From: Octopus bimaculoides | Lineage: Eukaryota | Assembly (NCBI RefSeq): GCF_001194135.2 | Contig: NC_068998.1 | Span: 16,905,344-16,969,343, forward strand | Direction: 5' to 3' | DNA: 64,000 nucleotides | Part shown: positions 12,409 through 24,101 of the stretch, piece by piece | Layout of the letters: each line of letters starts with the position of its first letter | How positions within the stretch are numbered: position 1 is the first letter of the stretch | Made by a program: the position numbers and the translations under genes | Notes under the pieces: model-generated | What the model was told of the DNA's origin: nothing | Seen by the model: only the letters and a program-made list of their open reading frames with translations | Databases searched by the model: none

Positions 12409-13663
12409 CTAGAAAAAGACAGTAACAGTAACTAATTAGAATATGTTTTGAGTTTTACTTGTGACCTTTTTATGCCCTTCTTCCTTTCCTGCAAGACACC
12501 AGACGGACAAGTAGCAAGTATGTGTGAGTCAGCCTCTAACCACCAGTAGGGTCTTTCTACCTGCTAAGTGGGACTTGATGCCCACATGGCCCAAAAGGGG
12601 AGAGTCTGTATGAAGTTGTTCTGACCAGCTAGAAATTGTAGCCAAATCTTCATGAAGTTACATGCAAACACTTATGAATTAAAAACTGCAAAGCAAGTTA
12701 GACAATGTAGTTCTTAGATTACAAAGAAAGACAAAAAAAAAAGAAAAGAAAAAGAAAGAAATAGGATGGTCATGCCATAGGACTCTAGTTACATAATGAG
12801 AGTGAGATTTCTTGACTAAAATGGTAAAGACCCCTTTCTAAATGCTAAAGGGTTAAGTACTTGTCAATTGAATAAATTATACCCTCCCCAAATGTTATAG
12901 CCTTGTGCCAAAGTTAGAAATCATTATTATTACTTTTGATGTTTTTGTTGTTTGAGTGGCAAAAACAGGAGAGAACTGGATAAAAGACCATTCTGAATTT
13001 AAATCATTTAATTTCCAATATGTAAATCAACTGGTAAGTAAGAAGTTGAATTTTGTTTAGTTGTGGCATTTAAAACATTCACTTTTATGATGGATCAATA
13101 GACAAATTTTTCTTTTTTTCTTTTACTTTGAAATTCAGTTTCTGAACATTAAAAAAAATCATTTGAGAAACTTACCATGTTCTATGTAAATTTCTCCTTT
13201 GTTTTCATTGGATGCTGAAAAGGTTAATGGTTATTTTCTAAGAAATCAATTACATACTTAGCGTTAAAATATAATAGAAATCTTTGCTTCTAATTACACA
13301 ATAGTTCAGTCCAATATTATTATTAGAGGAAATTTATTTATTGATTAACAAGCTGACAAATGGCTTTTAATTACATTATGTCATGATACAAACTAAGATT
13401 TAAAAACAGTTTGGAATATAAAATTCCTTTCCATACTTTTCATGAATAATCTCGTATTTGAAAAGTTTATTTTGGTTGTGAAAATGTTCAGCGTTTAGTG
13501 AAAAAAAATTACTTTCAAACCTGTAAATGAAAAATATTTGATTTAGTTGCTCAATGTCTTCCACATTGCATTCAAACTTCACTGAATAAAATTATCTATT
13601 TACACTTAATGTCAAGATTACAGATTTTATTATGATCTTTAGGAATGTTTGGGTAGATCTGGC

Positions 13664-13873
13664 TTAACATTTTAGCATTCAGATTATTCTATCAAATATA
13701 ATGCTTATTGACTAACATTGTTTTGCATTAATCATGCATTATGTTGCAGCTTTGAGATTTCTTTTAGAATGACATTCTAGGGTAGGTGTGAGAAGCCAAA
13801 TCTGACCTGTTTGAACATAAAACAAGTAGAATATTTTGGGTGGATATGGTTGGTTTAAATGCTAAAGGGTTAA
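13664..13873 (+). mobile_element. ~210-bp MITE with TTAA ends (piggyBac-like), TIR ccctttagcatt/aatgctaaaggg
   Basis: ttaa...tttagcatt at the left end, aatgctaaagggttaa at the right; further copies at 24919-25142, 25200-25371, 25675-25902 and 29380-29450. Confidence 0.75.
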
Positions 13874-14492
13874 ACTATTCAACTACAGTAACAACGACCA
13901 TTTTGAATTTTCTTCAGAAGCACTAATACCAATTAGAAGCCAACATCTCACAACATAAAAATAAATTTACTCAACTCATATACCTAACCACCATAGGGTC
14001 CAGTCCTTGTTTGCTTGTGTGCCTCAATATTTCTGAGAACTATACCAACAGAATGCAAGCTCTTAGTAGGGTTTCTCATGCAGGGAAAGGTCAAAGGATA
14101 GAGACCAGACTAACATGTACCACCTCTTTCCAGAGGTAAACATGGGTTTGTGCAGGGCCAACATCCCTACCTAGAAAAAAGCAAGAGTTACAGAAGCATT
14201 GATGACAATTCAAAATCCACAAGACCTGGGAGAGGAAGTCCTTCCTTTGGGGAAACATTGACATGTTGCAGCAAAATCCAAAAGTTGAGCTGCAAGAAGC
14301 ATGGATCCTACTAACCTACCAGGAAGCAAAAATGACAGCCCAAAGTTGAGAAATGGAGAAAGGTCATCAATGAATAATACTTTACAGGAAACAAAGGACC
14401 TAAGTAAGTAAGTCATGTACCAAGAATTAGAATGTAAAATTTCTAAGCTTTTTTTCTTTCTGTGTTGTTATTACTAAGTCATTTTTACTTAC

Positions 14493-14808
14493 CAAGTGTA
14501 ATAACATCACAGTTATCCCATTCAGTTTCAGCAGTAGATGTATCAGTATTGAAATAATGTTTTCCTTCTTCAACCTGGCATGTTTGAAGTATATGTGATC
14601 CAGAACCACCCTGAATATGCAGAGGCTGTTTATTAGTTGGAACCTGTTTGTTTGTTGCTTTAATAAATGCTGTAGGTTGTTCTAAAGTGATATCAGCAGA
14701 TAGAGAATTTGGCACTACAGTCTCAGACAAGTTGCTGTCTTGTGCAGATGGAAAGTCAGTAGGGAAAATGTCTGAATCTTGTAGAGGATAGCAGTCTTGA
14801 GTGTTTGG
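14493..14808 (-). CDS. ELMOD3: ELMOD3 coding exon 2 (PNTQDCYPLQ...STAETEWDNCDVITL)
   Basis: Open frame, G|gtaagt donor in phase 1; AETEWD resembles human AQEEWE (recalled). Acceptor ttattttcaaag| at 14808 chosen because it gives phase 0; the alternative tag| at 14825 would be phase 1. Confidence 0.75.
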
Positions 14809-15239
14809 CTTTGAAAATAATTTTTCTATATTAGGAGATATCTAAATATTGAAATGATAACAACAATAGATTATTTCAATTAAATTCATTAAACATTACA
14901 AAGATATATTTATAAAAATAAACATACAGAAATTATTCAAATGCAGACCATGCATAATTATCATAGATTAAGAACAGAACTGACACAATACCCAATAAAG
15001 ATATTTTCATTCTTTAGAATTAGTAGATTAGAATCTTACCTGTAGTTATTGATCTTTAATGAAAATTGATAAATTATGATATTATTTGTGATATCAAATT
15101 CACCGAGAATATATACAATGTTTTAGAAAGCAAAGTCAGTTTCAAAAGAATCTACTTTCTCTGAGTTATTGACTAATTATTTGCAATATTTATTTTACTT
15201 GTCGATTAATTATTTCTGGCATGTATATTCTTTTATTCT

Positions 15240-15600
15240 TTTACTGGTTTCAGTCATTTGACTGCAGCCATGCTGAAATCGACCCCAGGACTTATTATTT
15301 GTAAGCTTAGTACTTATTCTATCTGTCTCTTTTGCTGAAGCGCTAAGTTACAGGGACATAGACACACCAGCATCGGTTGTCAAGTGATGGAGGGTGAGGG
15401 AGAAACACAGGGACACACACACATAAATACATACACATATATATATATATGATGGGCTTCTTTCAGTTTCTGTCTAATAAATCCACTGACAAGGCTTTGG
15501 TCAGTCCAAGGCTGTAGGAGAAAACACTTGCCCAAGGTGCAACGAAGTAGGACTGAACCCAGAACAATGTGGTTGGGAAGCAAGCTTCTTACCACACACA
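15240..15600 (-). mobile_element. tRNA-derived SINE family B, near full length, diverged
   Basis: Reverse complement aligns by eye with 26632-27022. Confidence 0.8.
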
Positions 15601-15644
15601 CACAGTATGTGTGTGATCAATACATGTAATATCCTATGTGTATT

Positions 15645-15699
<55 letters not shown>

Positions 15700-15949
15700 N
15701 NNNNNNNNNNNNNNNNNNNNNNNNNNNNNNNNNNNNNNNNNNNNNNNNNNNNNNNNNNNNNNNNNNNNNNNNNNNNNNNNNNNNNNNNNNNNNNNNNNTA
15801 TATATATACGATTTACAATCAAGGTGCAGAAATGGCGTATTTCTAATGAACAAGGTAATATAATTCAATGGTAGAAAGAATTCTGAGAATTAGGTACTCC
15901 AAAGTCAGTCAGAAGGCCAGGGGTCCATGTGAGCATGCGGTAAATAGTT

Positions 15950-16365
15950 AAATCCATAAAAAAAAAAACAAAGAACAAACACAAGAAAAAACAACAATGC
16001 AAGGATGTGATATATGCAAAGTATTAGCAGATGCTCAGGGAAAGAAAGAAAGGTAGTTTTTACATTTCAAGCAAAGCTCTTCGTCAGAAACAGGAGACAG
16101 AGGAAAGTCCTAGAGAAAAGAAGACAGAGGAAAAAAATTGCCAACGATTCACATGTGGTTACATTTTGAAAATGTAACCACATTTTTTCAAAATGTAACC
16201 ACATGTGGATTTTTCTCTGTCTCCTGTTTCTGACGAAGAGCTTTGTTTGAAGCGTAAAAACTACCTTTCTTTCCTTCCCCGGGCGTCTTATTAATACTTT
16301 GCATGTACCACGTCCTCGTGTTGTTTTTTCTTGTCGTGTTTGTTCTTCATTTTTTGGGGGGATTT
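15950..16365. repeat. ~400-bp foldback (long inverted repeat), probably Penelope-like-element derived
   Basis: Left arm aagaacaaac...tcgtcagaaacaggagacagag is the reverse complement of the right arm ctctgtctcctgtttctgacgaagagc...gtttgttctt. Inner perfect 23-bp inverted repeat at 16150-16172/16185-16207. Confidence 0.85.
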
Positions 16366-16514
16366 CAATAATCAACAAAATAAACATATAAGGAAGAATT
16401 GCTTTTTTTTTTTTTCTTATTTCTCTCAATGTGTTTCTGAACTAAAAATATTACCCAACCCTCCATAAAGAAAAAGATATGTTGTATTTTATAGAAGAAG
16501 ATTGAATAACTTAC

Positions 16515-16730
16515 TTTTGATATGGATTTGATTTCATCTCTTTCAGAAAATATGATATCATCAGGTGAGATAACATTAAAATCATCATCATTATCGTTCA
16601 CACCATTATCATCACCACCACCAGTAATATCAGCAGCAATGTCATCATCATCATCATCATCTCCATTATCATTACTACCAGTCTTATCATCACAGTAGTC
16701 ATACTTCTTTGAAGAATTCATGTCAGACAT
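16515..16730 (-). CDS. ELMOD3: ELMOD3 probable first coding exon, Asp-rich (MSDMNSSKKY...DEIKSISK)
   Basis: Acceptor tttcatcag| directly before ATG, AAA|gtaagt donor; the other two entry phases hit stops at once. No recognised homology, so assignment rests on position and splice sites. Confidence 0.65.
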
Positions 16731-16856
16731 CTGATGAAATAAGGATTGTTTTCATAATGAAACTTGAAACATTTTCCAGCTTTGTATTCAATGAATATAT
16801 AAAAATATTGGTGTCTCAATTATAAAGTTTAAGGTTCTTTAATAAGAGGAGATCTT

Positions 16857-17580
16857 GGCATTCTGTCAGTTACAATGACAAGGGTTCCAGTTGATCTAAT
16901 GGAACAGCCTGCTCATGAAATTAATGTGCAAGTGGCTGAGCACTCCACAGACATACGTACCCTTAATATAGTTCTCAAAGAGAATCAGTGGGACATAAAA
17001 CGTGACAAGGCTGACCCTTTGAAATACAGGTATTACTCATTTTTGCCAGCTGAGTGGATTGGGTGGGTGGAGGTGGAAACATGAAATAAGGATGGCACTC
17101 CGTCGGTTACGACGACGAGGGTTCCAGTTGATCCGATCAACGGAACAGCCTGCTCGTGAAATTAACGTCCAAGTGGCCGAGCACTCCACAGACACGTGTA
17201 CTCTTAACGTAGTTCTCGGGGGAGATTCAGCGTGACACAGAGTGTGACAAGGCTGGCCCTTTTGAATTACAGGTACAACAGAAAGAGGAAAAAAGAGTGA
17301 GAGAAAGATGAGGTGAAAGAATACAACAGAGTTCGTCACCACCCCCTGCCGGAGCCTCGTGGAGCTTTAGGTGTTTTCGCTCAATAAACACTCACAACGC
17401 CCGGTCTAGGAATCGAAACCGCGATCCTACGACCGCGATTCCGCTGCCCGAACCACTGGGCCATTGCGCCTCCACAAACATGAAATAAAGTGTCATGCTC
17501 AAGGACAAAAGGAGCAGCTGGGTATCGAACACACGATCTTCTAATCATAAGCCAAATATTCTAACCATAAGCGATGCTCC
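16857..17580 (-). mobile_element. Older tRNA-derived SINE interrupted by a younger SINE
   Basis: 3' tail at 16857-17050 is a CpG-decayed version of 17093-17275; tRNA-like head at 17500-17580; the body reads continuously across the TSD. Confidence 0.8.
17090..17475 (-). mobile_element. Young full-length tRNA-derived SINE ('family C') with 13-bp TSD aaacatgaaataa
   Basis: A box TGGCCCAGTGG (17453-17463), B box GGTTTCGATTCC (17409-17420), CpGs intact, TSD at 17077-17089 and 17476-17488. Confidence 0.92.
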
Positions 17581-18829
17581 TTCATTATAAGAGGAGACAA
17601 AGTATGAGGGACTCCCTACGTATAATACCCAATGAAGCATTCAGAAGTGATCCTGCTCAGTACCATGGTCCATTTGGTTGTAAACTATTTATGGGAATAA
17701 TTCTTAAAGAGTTATGAAGACATCTTTTACACTTACGAAATGTTAAATGAAATGTAAAATGTTCATGAATATGTTATACAATGTATCATAGGCAAAATAA
17801 AGGCTACAGACAGTGTGAGGTGGTGGTGGTGGTGGTGGTGGTGGTGGGGGGTTCGTCTGACGATTTGCATACCCAGAGAAAGTGCACATGTGATATACAG
17901 CTTCTTCTTCTGCCAGTGTTGTAAATGCTGCGTAACCACTTTCTGGTTTGCTAGATGAGATGCCAATAGAAATGGTCTCTCCTACATTATGATATCCCTA
18001 GCAACGCCTTCTCGTTGGTGAACCCCAGTTTCTACAGACCTTGTCACATCTTAGCATGATAAAGTATCTGGAGGTATAACTGGATGGGTTGATTGGACAC
18101 AACCTTACTTGGCAATCAGCCTAAGATAAGGACAACTCTGACTTTAAACCGGGGCAGATGCAACTTGTTAACCTCGTCAGATCATTTACATAGAAAACAG
18201 AAACTCCAACGTAACACCAACGATTCAAGGATCTTGTCACTGTCTAGCTCGCTGGGTCACGTTAGACGGATAGGGTCAGCAAAGTACACGTTGCTCTCCT
18301 GCTAAAATAGAATAATTAACAGTACAAGCCAAAGGACACATCCACGTCTACACCCACCCTCTTTGATCATTGAATAAATTCTGTGGCGATGGGAAGGTGA
18401 AGGAGAAAAGGCTGATGAAAGGTGACACTGGAAGCCACAGTCTTGATCCTTCAATCAGGTGGTTCAGAGGTACGTGTCGATAGATGTTGACCCAGAAACG
18501 ACATCATCTGACAGCTCACTGAACGACGAAGCGACCTTCCCAAAGAACAACACTATTTGCTCCAAATGTAGGAGAGGAACTAAAAAAAAGGAGGCCTAAT
18601 TAAAGTTAGTTTTCATTCCTCCACCTACTCAGTAGACTGACCGTAGTCAACGAGCATCGTCAAATGCGATCAAATAGCAACAACAAACAACCAGTAAATA
18701 CACGTCTTTTGTTTAGATGTACAGGAATTAAAACTAGAATTTAGAAACATCAGAACCATGCTCGATACATCAGAGAGAGAGCAATCTCTCAAGCGGACGC
18801 TCTGCTCTGGTTGCGCATGAACTTTGAGA

Positions 18830-20760
18830 CTGAATGTTGATATCGTTGCTCTTCATGAAGTTCATTTCCAAGAGGAGAGTAACTTTCAATAACTTTGTGC
18901 TGCCTACATTGAAAGACACCTTTTTGAGTTGGTTTCATGATCAGGAACACAACTGCTTCGAGGCTGGAAAACCTGCCAATGAGTCACTCCAATCACATCA
19001 TCTCCAAGCGCCGCTCAATTCAAACCGAGTAGCATACGACAATCTTCAGTATGTGTATCCCCAACTCTTCAAGTAGATACTGTAGGAAAAGTCAAGCTTT
19101 AGAACAATAACGAACTGCACAACCTAATACGGAACACCACTACAGGTAACAACGTTATCATTCTTGGCTACTTTAATGCCAGACAAGGTAATGAATCAGA
19201 GACCTAGATAAGAGTACTTGGCGAACATCGCGTTGGAAACTATAATCACAAGGAGCGCCTTCTACTGGAGTTCAGTGTAGAGCAGCAGTTCACCATCACC
19301 AACATTATCTTCCAGCAGGAAGACAACCTGAATGCATCATCAGTCTTAGAATTGGCATCTCATAGACTACAGCTTGGTGACTCAGAAAGGCCCGCGGGAC
19401 ATCTTACACACTCAGAGCATGCAGAGTGTCATACGTGCACTCGTCTTGTTTGCTACAAACTCAGTCCTTTCTTTTTAGACCTGAACCAAAGAAAAGAGGT
19501 GTAGCGGCTCGTCCTTCAGAGGCATTCAAGAAAGATATTTCAGATTGGCAAGTTTCAATCTGAAGTGCAAGCTGGTTTCCCGGCGAATCTTTAGTCAAGG
19601 CTTAAGGATCTTACCTACCGTACAAATTCATCTTCGGAAGCACTTTGTAAACATTTAAAAATTACCTTCAGCACGTACATCCCCAACTCTGAAGAATGAA
19701 TGGAGATCTAGCGTTGCACAACAAACTCCATAAATTCTGTATCTGCTGCTGGGAACAAGGCAAAATACCACAAGGTCTTCGCGAGGCAATTATCATCACC
19801 TTGCACATGAACAAGGGAGAAAGTCCGACTGCTTCAACTACTGGTGAATAATTTCAACTCTCAATTGCAAGGAAAATTTCTCGCAAAAATGTTCCTAAAC
19901 AGGCTCCTTCTAGAGAACTAATGTGTATTCAGAACCAACAGGAGGATCACTGATACATATTTGTTCTTTGGAAGCTCCAAAAGAAATGCAGGGAACAAAA
20001 CAGGAGACTGTTTAGAGATACTTGTAGATCTTACCAAAGCGTTCCATACTGTGAGTAGGAAGAATCTGTAATCAATCATGGAAAAAGTGGGATGACTCCC
20101 CAAATTCCCCAACATGGTCATCTACATGAGGATTGGTATGGTCAAGGCAGACACAGCAACGAATTCACAAAGCCCTTCCTCCTAGGGAACTGTGTGAAGC
20201 AGTGCTGCATCTTCAGGCCCACACTCTTCATCACCTTCACCGTGATGCTCGCAGAAGTCACTGAAGATCTCGATGAAGAGGAGAGTTCCTTAATACGACA
20301 CTGCACCAATAGCAGCCCGTTCAACCTGAGACGATAGCAGATCGTAGGTTACCTGTCCTTACCACCTGAGACTCCTTGAGCGTTTCCAGCAGGGGTCCGC
20401 TCTCAACATCCACTGGAGTAACTGTTATCAACACCGGCGTCCTCAAAGAGGTGGGAGTCACCAGTATCGAAGTAACGTTGTTAAAATCACAGTTGCAGTG
20501 GGTAGGAAATGTTTCAAGAAAGGAGGATCATCGCCTGCCTAACACTGTGCTGTGTATTGAACTCCCCATATGCCACTGTGACAAAGGCTCACCAAAGAAA
20601 AAAAAAAAAACCGTACAAGGACATCTCAAAGAAAATTCTTGGAGCTTGTCCCATTGATCATCAACATTGGTCTACTATAGCCGCTAATTATGACGCTAGG
20701 CGACATCCCACCCACAAATTTGTCTCTTCTCTCGACAATGAATGTAGGGCTATCATTGAG
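18830..20760 (+). mobile_element. Decayed RTE-clade LINE (APE endonuclease and RT remnants)
   Basis: IILGYFNAR (GDFNA-like) near 19156; VDLTKAFHTVS (DLTKAFDTV-like) near 20023; VKQCCIFRPTLF and LQWVGNVSRKEDHRLP motifs; many stops and frameshifts. Ends are approximate. Confidence 0.85.
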
Positions 20761-21850
20761 AATAAAACAATTAAAGAAGAACTATGGCACAGCAACAATC
20801 GAGCCCTGAACAGAACCTTCATTATAGATATTGCACCTGGATCTTCCCATTCCCTGTCAGCCTAGTTAGTCACCAATGAACCTGCAGTCGTCGTAGACAG
20901 CTCCCTTCGAGTACTATAGTTCACGAAGTGAAGCAGTACGATAGTCTGTAAGGGCCACAACTCAACATTTACTGTAAACAAAATCTGAAAAATATTTCCC
21001 CATGAAATATATTATGCATTAAATTATTAAAATATTTTAAAACATAAGGCCTCGCGGAAGACTGTTGATTTGATGAAAGTTGGGAACCGTTGTCTTACAG
21101 AATCGCTTGACCTGCAATAAATAGCAGCAAAAGCTCCTTCGAATCACTCCCCACAAACGAGAAACAATTGGTGCTACTACATGGATCCAAATACATTTCA
21201 GAGTGTCAGAATGATCACCAGTATAGTCGTTGATTTCGTCATCATTGTTGTGATTATCTTCATTACCATCACCATCATAGTCGTTGTCGGTTTCACCACC
21301 GCCACCACCACCACCACCAACAACAACATCACCGAAGGAGCCTCTACGTGGTCGTTCGACCTATTAGAAAAATTACCCCCAAATATCTGCAATATATCAT
21401 ACCGTCTTTAAAAAGGAACACATTTGACAAAGAAGTCTCTGATATACAAAGATATGGTTGGTTACAGCTGGTTCATGTACTCAAACGGTACATAACTGGG
21501 ACAAATCAACAACCACAACAACAAACCTAACCAGCAATCACTAAAGTTTCAACACTTGTATCCTAAAACTGAATTAAAAGGAAATCATAAAAATGGCTTG
21601 TTTTGTTTATATTAAAATTTATTATTTTTTTTTCCTTCTTAATGTAAATTTGGCAGAAGCTTCACAGGCGGAGTGAGCTTGTGTTTACATCGGAAACTTA
21701 TTAAATATCGTATAATCTCTGAATACTTAGTGTTAATTAAATATCGTGCACAATATATATAAATAGATATACATTTATATATTAAAAATACATATGTATA
21801 TATTGAATAATAAATAAAGAGACGGATTTTTTTTTGTTTTGTAAACTTAC

Positions 21851-22000
21851 TATATAGCATAAGTCTGAGTCCACGACTCTATGGCAACTAGATTGCTTCG
21901 TATCGTCGTCAGCAACAATTGTCAGGGAGACATTTTGACGCTACTTAATACAGAAGTAAATGTTTCTCTCACAGCCATTGGTCAAAACTAATTCGGTGTT
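21851..22000 (-). other. ELMOD3: Putative non-coding first exon of ELMOD3
   Basis: Consensus donor ATA|gtaagt at 21850/21851 inside a CpG-enriched stretch; the first coding exon begins at an acceptor, so an upstream 5'UTR exon is required. TSS end is a guess. Confidence 0.45.
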
Positions 22001-23517
22001 ATGGCAACTAGAATGTCACAATTAGTTGACTTCAGAGCATTTGTTACAGTTGTTAGTGTTGTTGTCTCCGGATCAGTATCAATCCAACAATTATGTTATG
22101 GAAAAGGCATATTAGCACAGACATCTTTCTTTCTATATACATACGTCTACGTAAGCCGCATCGCAGTAGATTGGCTCATCGTTAGCGCGTCGGAGAGACG
22201 CAAAAATGTTAGAAAAGTAAAACGCCTCTTTATGTTTTGAGTTCAAATCTCGTCGTAGTCAAACTTGTTTTTCGTCCTTATGGAGTCGTTAAAATAAAAT
22301 TAGATGGAATTATAACAGAAGACAAGATGATATGTCCTTATTTTTATCAAGGTAGTAGGTTGTGATTTCTTGGTGTCTTTGTCTAGGAGATCTGCACACA
22401 GACTTCCCAGCTGGTGCGTCTCACACGGGTCCTACTATTGAAACTTTAGTGGTAGTTATTTAGGCTATTATTTAGTATCAGATTTGTTCTGATTGAGTTG
22501 AACTATGATAAAATGTCCAGCCTAACCGTCCAGTCTTTTTGTATACCAGGGACTACACTGTCAAATGTGTTTTATTCGTCTTAAAATGGTATAGTTTATT
22601 TGAGGTATTTTAGGTTGCTATATCTAGCAAGTCGAACCACAGCAGTATCTAGCAGGTCGAACCACTGCTACATCTAGCAGGTCTCTTTCAGTTTGGGTGG
22701 TGGTGTGGTGCTGCTGTTGTTGATGCATCATCATCATTTTTATGGATTGAATAGAACTGTTTGAGCCAGTGTTTTATAGTTGTACGCCATTGCTGGCCTT
22801 AACCCTTTTAGTTGCCTCACTGCATTCATAAACGCGGTGTACCTGTTCTAAAAACCAGGAATACTTTTAATAGATTAAAGGTTAACGAAAGGCAAATAGC
22901 CAAATGAAAGCGGCTAAATAAACGCGGTAGGGAACTTTTAAATCAACGATCTAATGAAGAAGCATGGTATCTATGCGGTCGCTTGACATTCACTGTGAAA
23001 AAATTACAGTGTTCAGAGCCTCGTCGACTTAACATATGGGAAGTGTGGCAGGCTGATAATTATCATTGGTTTCCTTTTTGTACTTATTTATAATGAAAAT
23101 AATAAAAATTACTCTTAAAAAAAGAAAAAAAAATGTTTTTTGTCTTTTGCCCGTTTGGCACACACGTACATGCAACACTGCCCGCCGTTAAAAGGTTAAA
23201 GCAAGCAACAGATTAAGTCTACTACCCAAGTAAGCCCCGACAGGATTTGAACTCAGAATGCAAAAGGTTGGAAGAGTATCAAAAGTCATCATGTATGACG
23301 TTTCTACACAGTGCCACCAAATGGTATTTATTTTAGCGAGATTAACTTAAGCGATAATTGAATATAGAGCAGTGATAATTTCTTCTTAAAACGATGCAAT
23401 AATTATATCTTGATTTTTAAGCAAATAAAATTATATTTTAAGGTATGTTTTATTAAAAAATAGATATTCCTGTACTTGTTGATAAACCTATGTGAGAATA
23501 TCTCCGCAGCAATTAAA
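21860..23517. promoter_or_regulatory. Probable bidirectional promoter region ELMOD3 / MRPS18C
   Basis: CpG-enriched relative to the window; twin tatggcaactaga (21880, 22000), ATTGG (reverse CCAAT) near 21977 and 22170, taaacgcggt twice (about 22829 and 22917), AAAATGGCG start context at MRPS18C. Confidence 0.55.
22621..22683. repeat. Tandem repeat, 2.5 x 25 bp (tatctagcargtcgaaccacwgcw)
   Basis: Seen directly. Confidence 0.85.
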
Positions 23518-23620
23518 ATGGCGCTGTCCAGGACGAACTGTTTAAGGACGACGGGGTTAATTCGTTCTGTAGAATTATTAAGTCGTATCAGTTCTCCCCA
23601 GAATTTATTGGAGGCTAACA
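23518..23620 (+). CDS. MRPS18C: MRPS18C exon 1, mitochondrial presequence-like (MALSRTNCLRTTGLIRSVELLSRISSPQNLLEAN)
   Basis: aaaATGGCG start, A|gtaagt donor in phase 1; Arg/Ser/Leu-rich N-terminus with no acidic residue in the first 18 aa. Confidence 0.85.
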
Positions 23621-23757
23621 GTAAGTGCGATATTTCTATCTATTCATAAGAATCCATATTTTTAACACTCCTCTATTTTATTTTGTATTTTGTCCCTCAT
23701 ATCACTTACTCTGTTGGTAAGGTCAATGCTCCGTGTGTAGATTATAAACAACGAAGT

Positions 23758-23831
23758 TTATATAATTAATAATTTCTTAGCCCATAAATTGATCTTATAT
23801 AATTAATAATTTCTTAGCCCATAAATTAATC
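23758..23831. repeat. Tandem duplication, 2 x 37 bp
   Basis: ttatataattaataatttcttagcccataaatt is repeated. Confidence 0.9.
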
Positions 23832-24014
23832 TTGCATCAAAGTGAAGGCATTAAATTGATATACTCTGCGTTTCCCCCAAACAAGTTTATAACTTATCTA
23901 TATGTCGTTTTCATTTTTCGCTATGAAATGTGGGTTGTGGTTTTATAAGAATAGGAAGAATGACAACAAAATTGTTGTGAGCATGAGCGTCGTATACAAT
24001 GCATTGGTTATATA

Positions 24015-24101
24015 GGCATAACTACAGGGTTTTACCTTATGACCTCCCAAAGTCTGGGGGGTAAAACCCTGTAGTTATGCCGGTTACCCTGTAGTTATGC
24101 C
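24015..24101. mobile_element. Miniature TIR element (22-bp perfect TIRs, 9-bp TSD ggttatata) with a 20-bp end duplication
   Basis: ggcataactacagggttttacc (24015-24036) and its exact reverse complement (24060-24081); ggttatata at 24006-24014 and 24102-24110. Confidence 0.8.

Noticed and set aside
15040-15053. 14-nt micro-exon in the ELMOD3 model
   Set aside because: The donor is strong, but the phase does not link exon 1 (ends phase 0) to either exon 2 acceptor. Left out of the model and mentioned only as ambiguity.
17400-17475. tRNA gene
   Set aside because: It has A and B boxes but no complete cloverleaf, continues into a SINE body and is bounded by a TSD.
21181-21411. Hydrophobic membrane-protein-like ORFs
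   Set aside because: They derive from (CAT)/(CAC)/(CAA) simple repeats.
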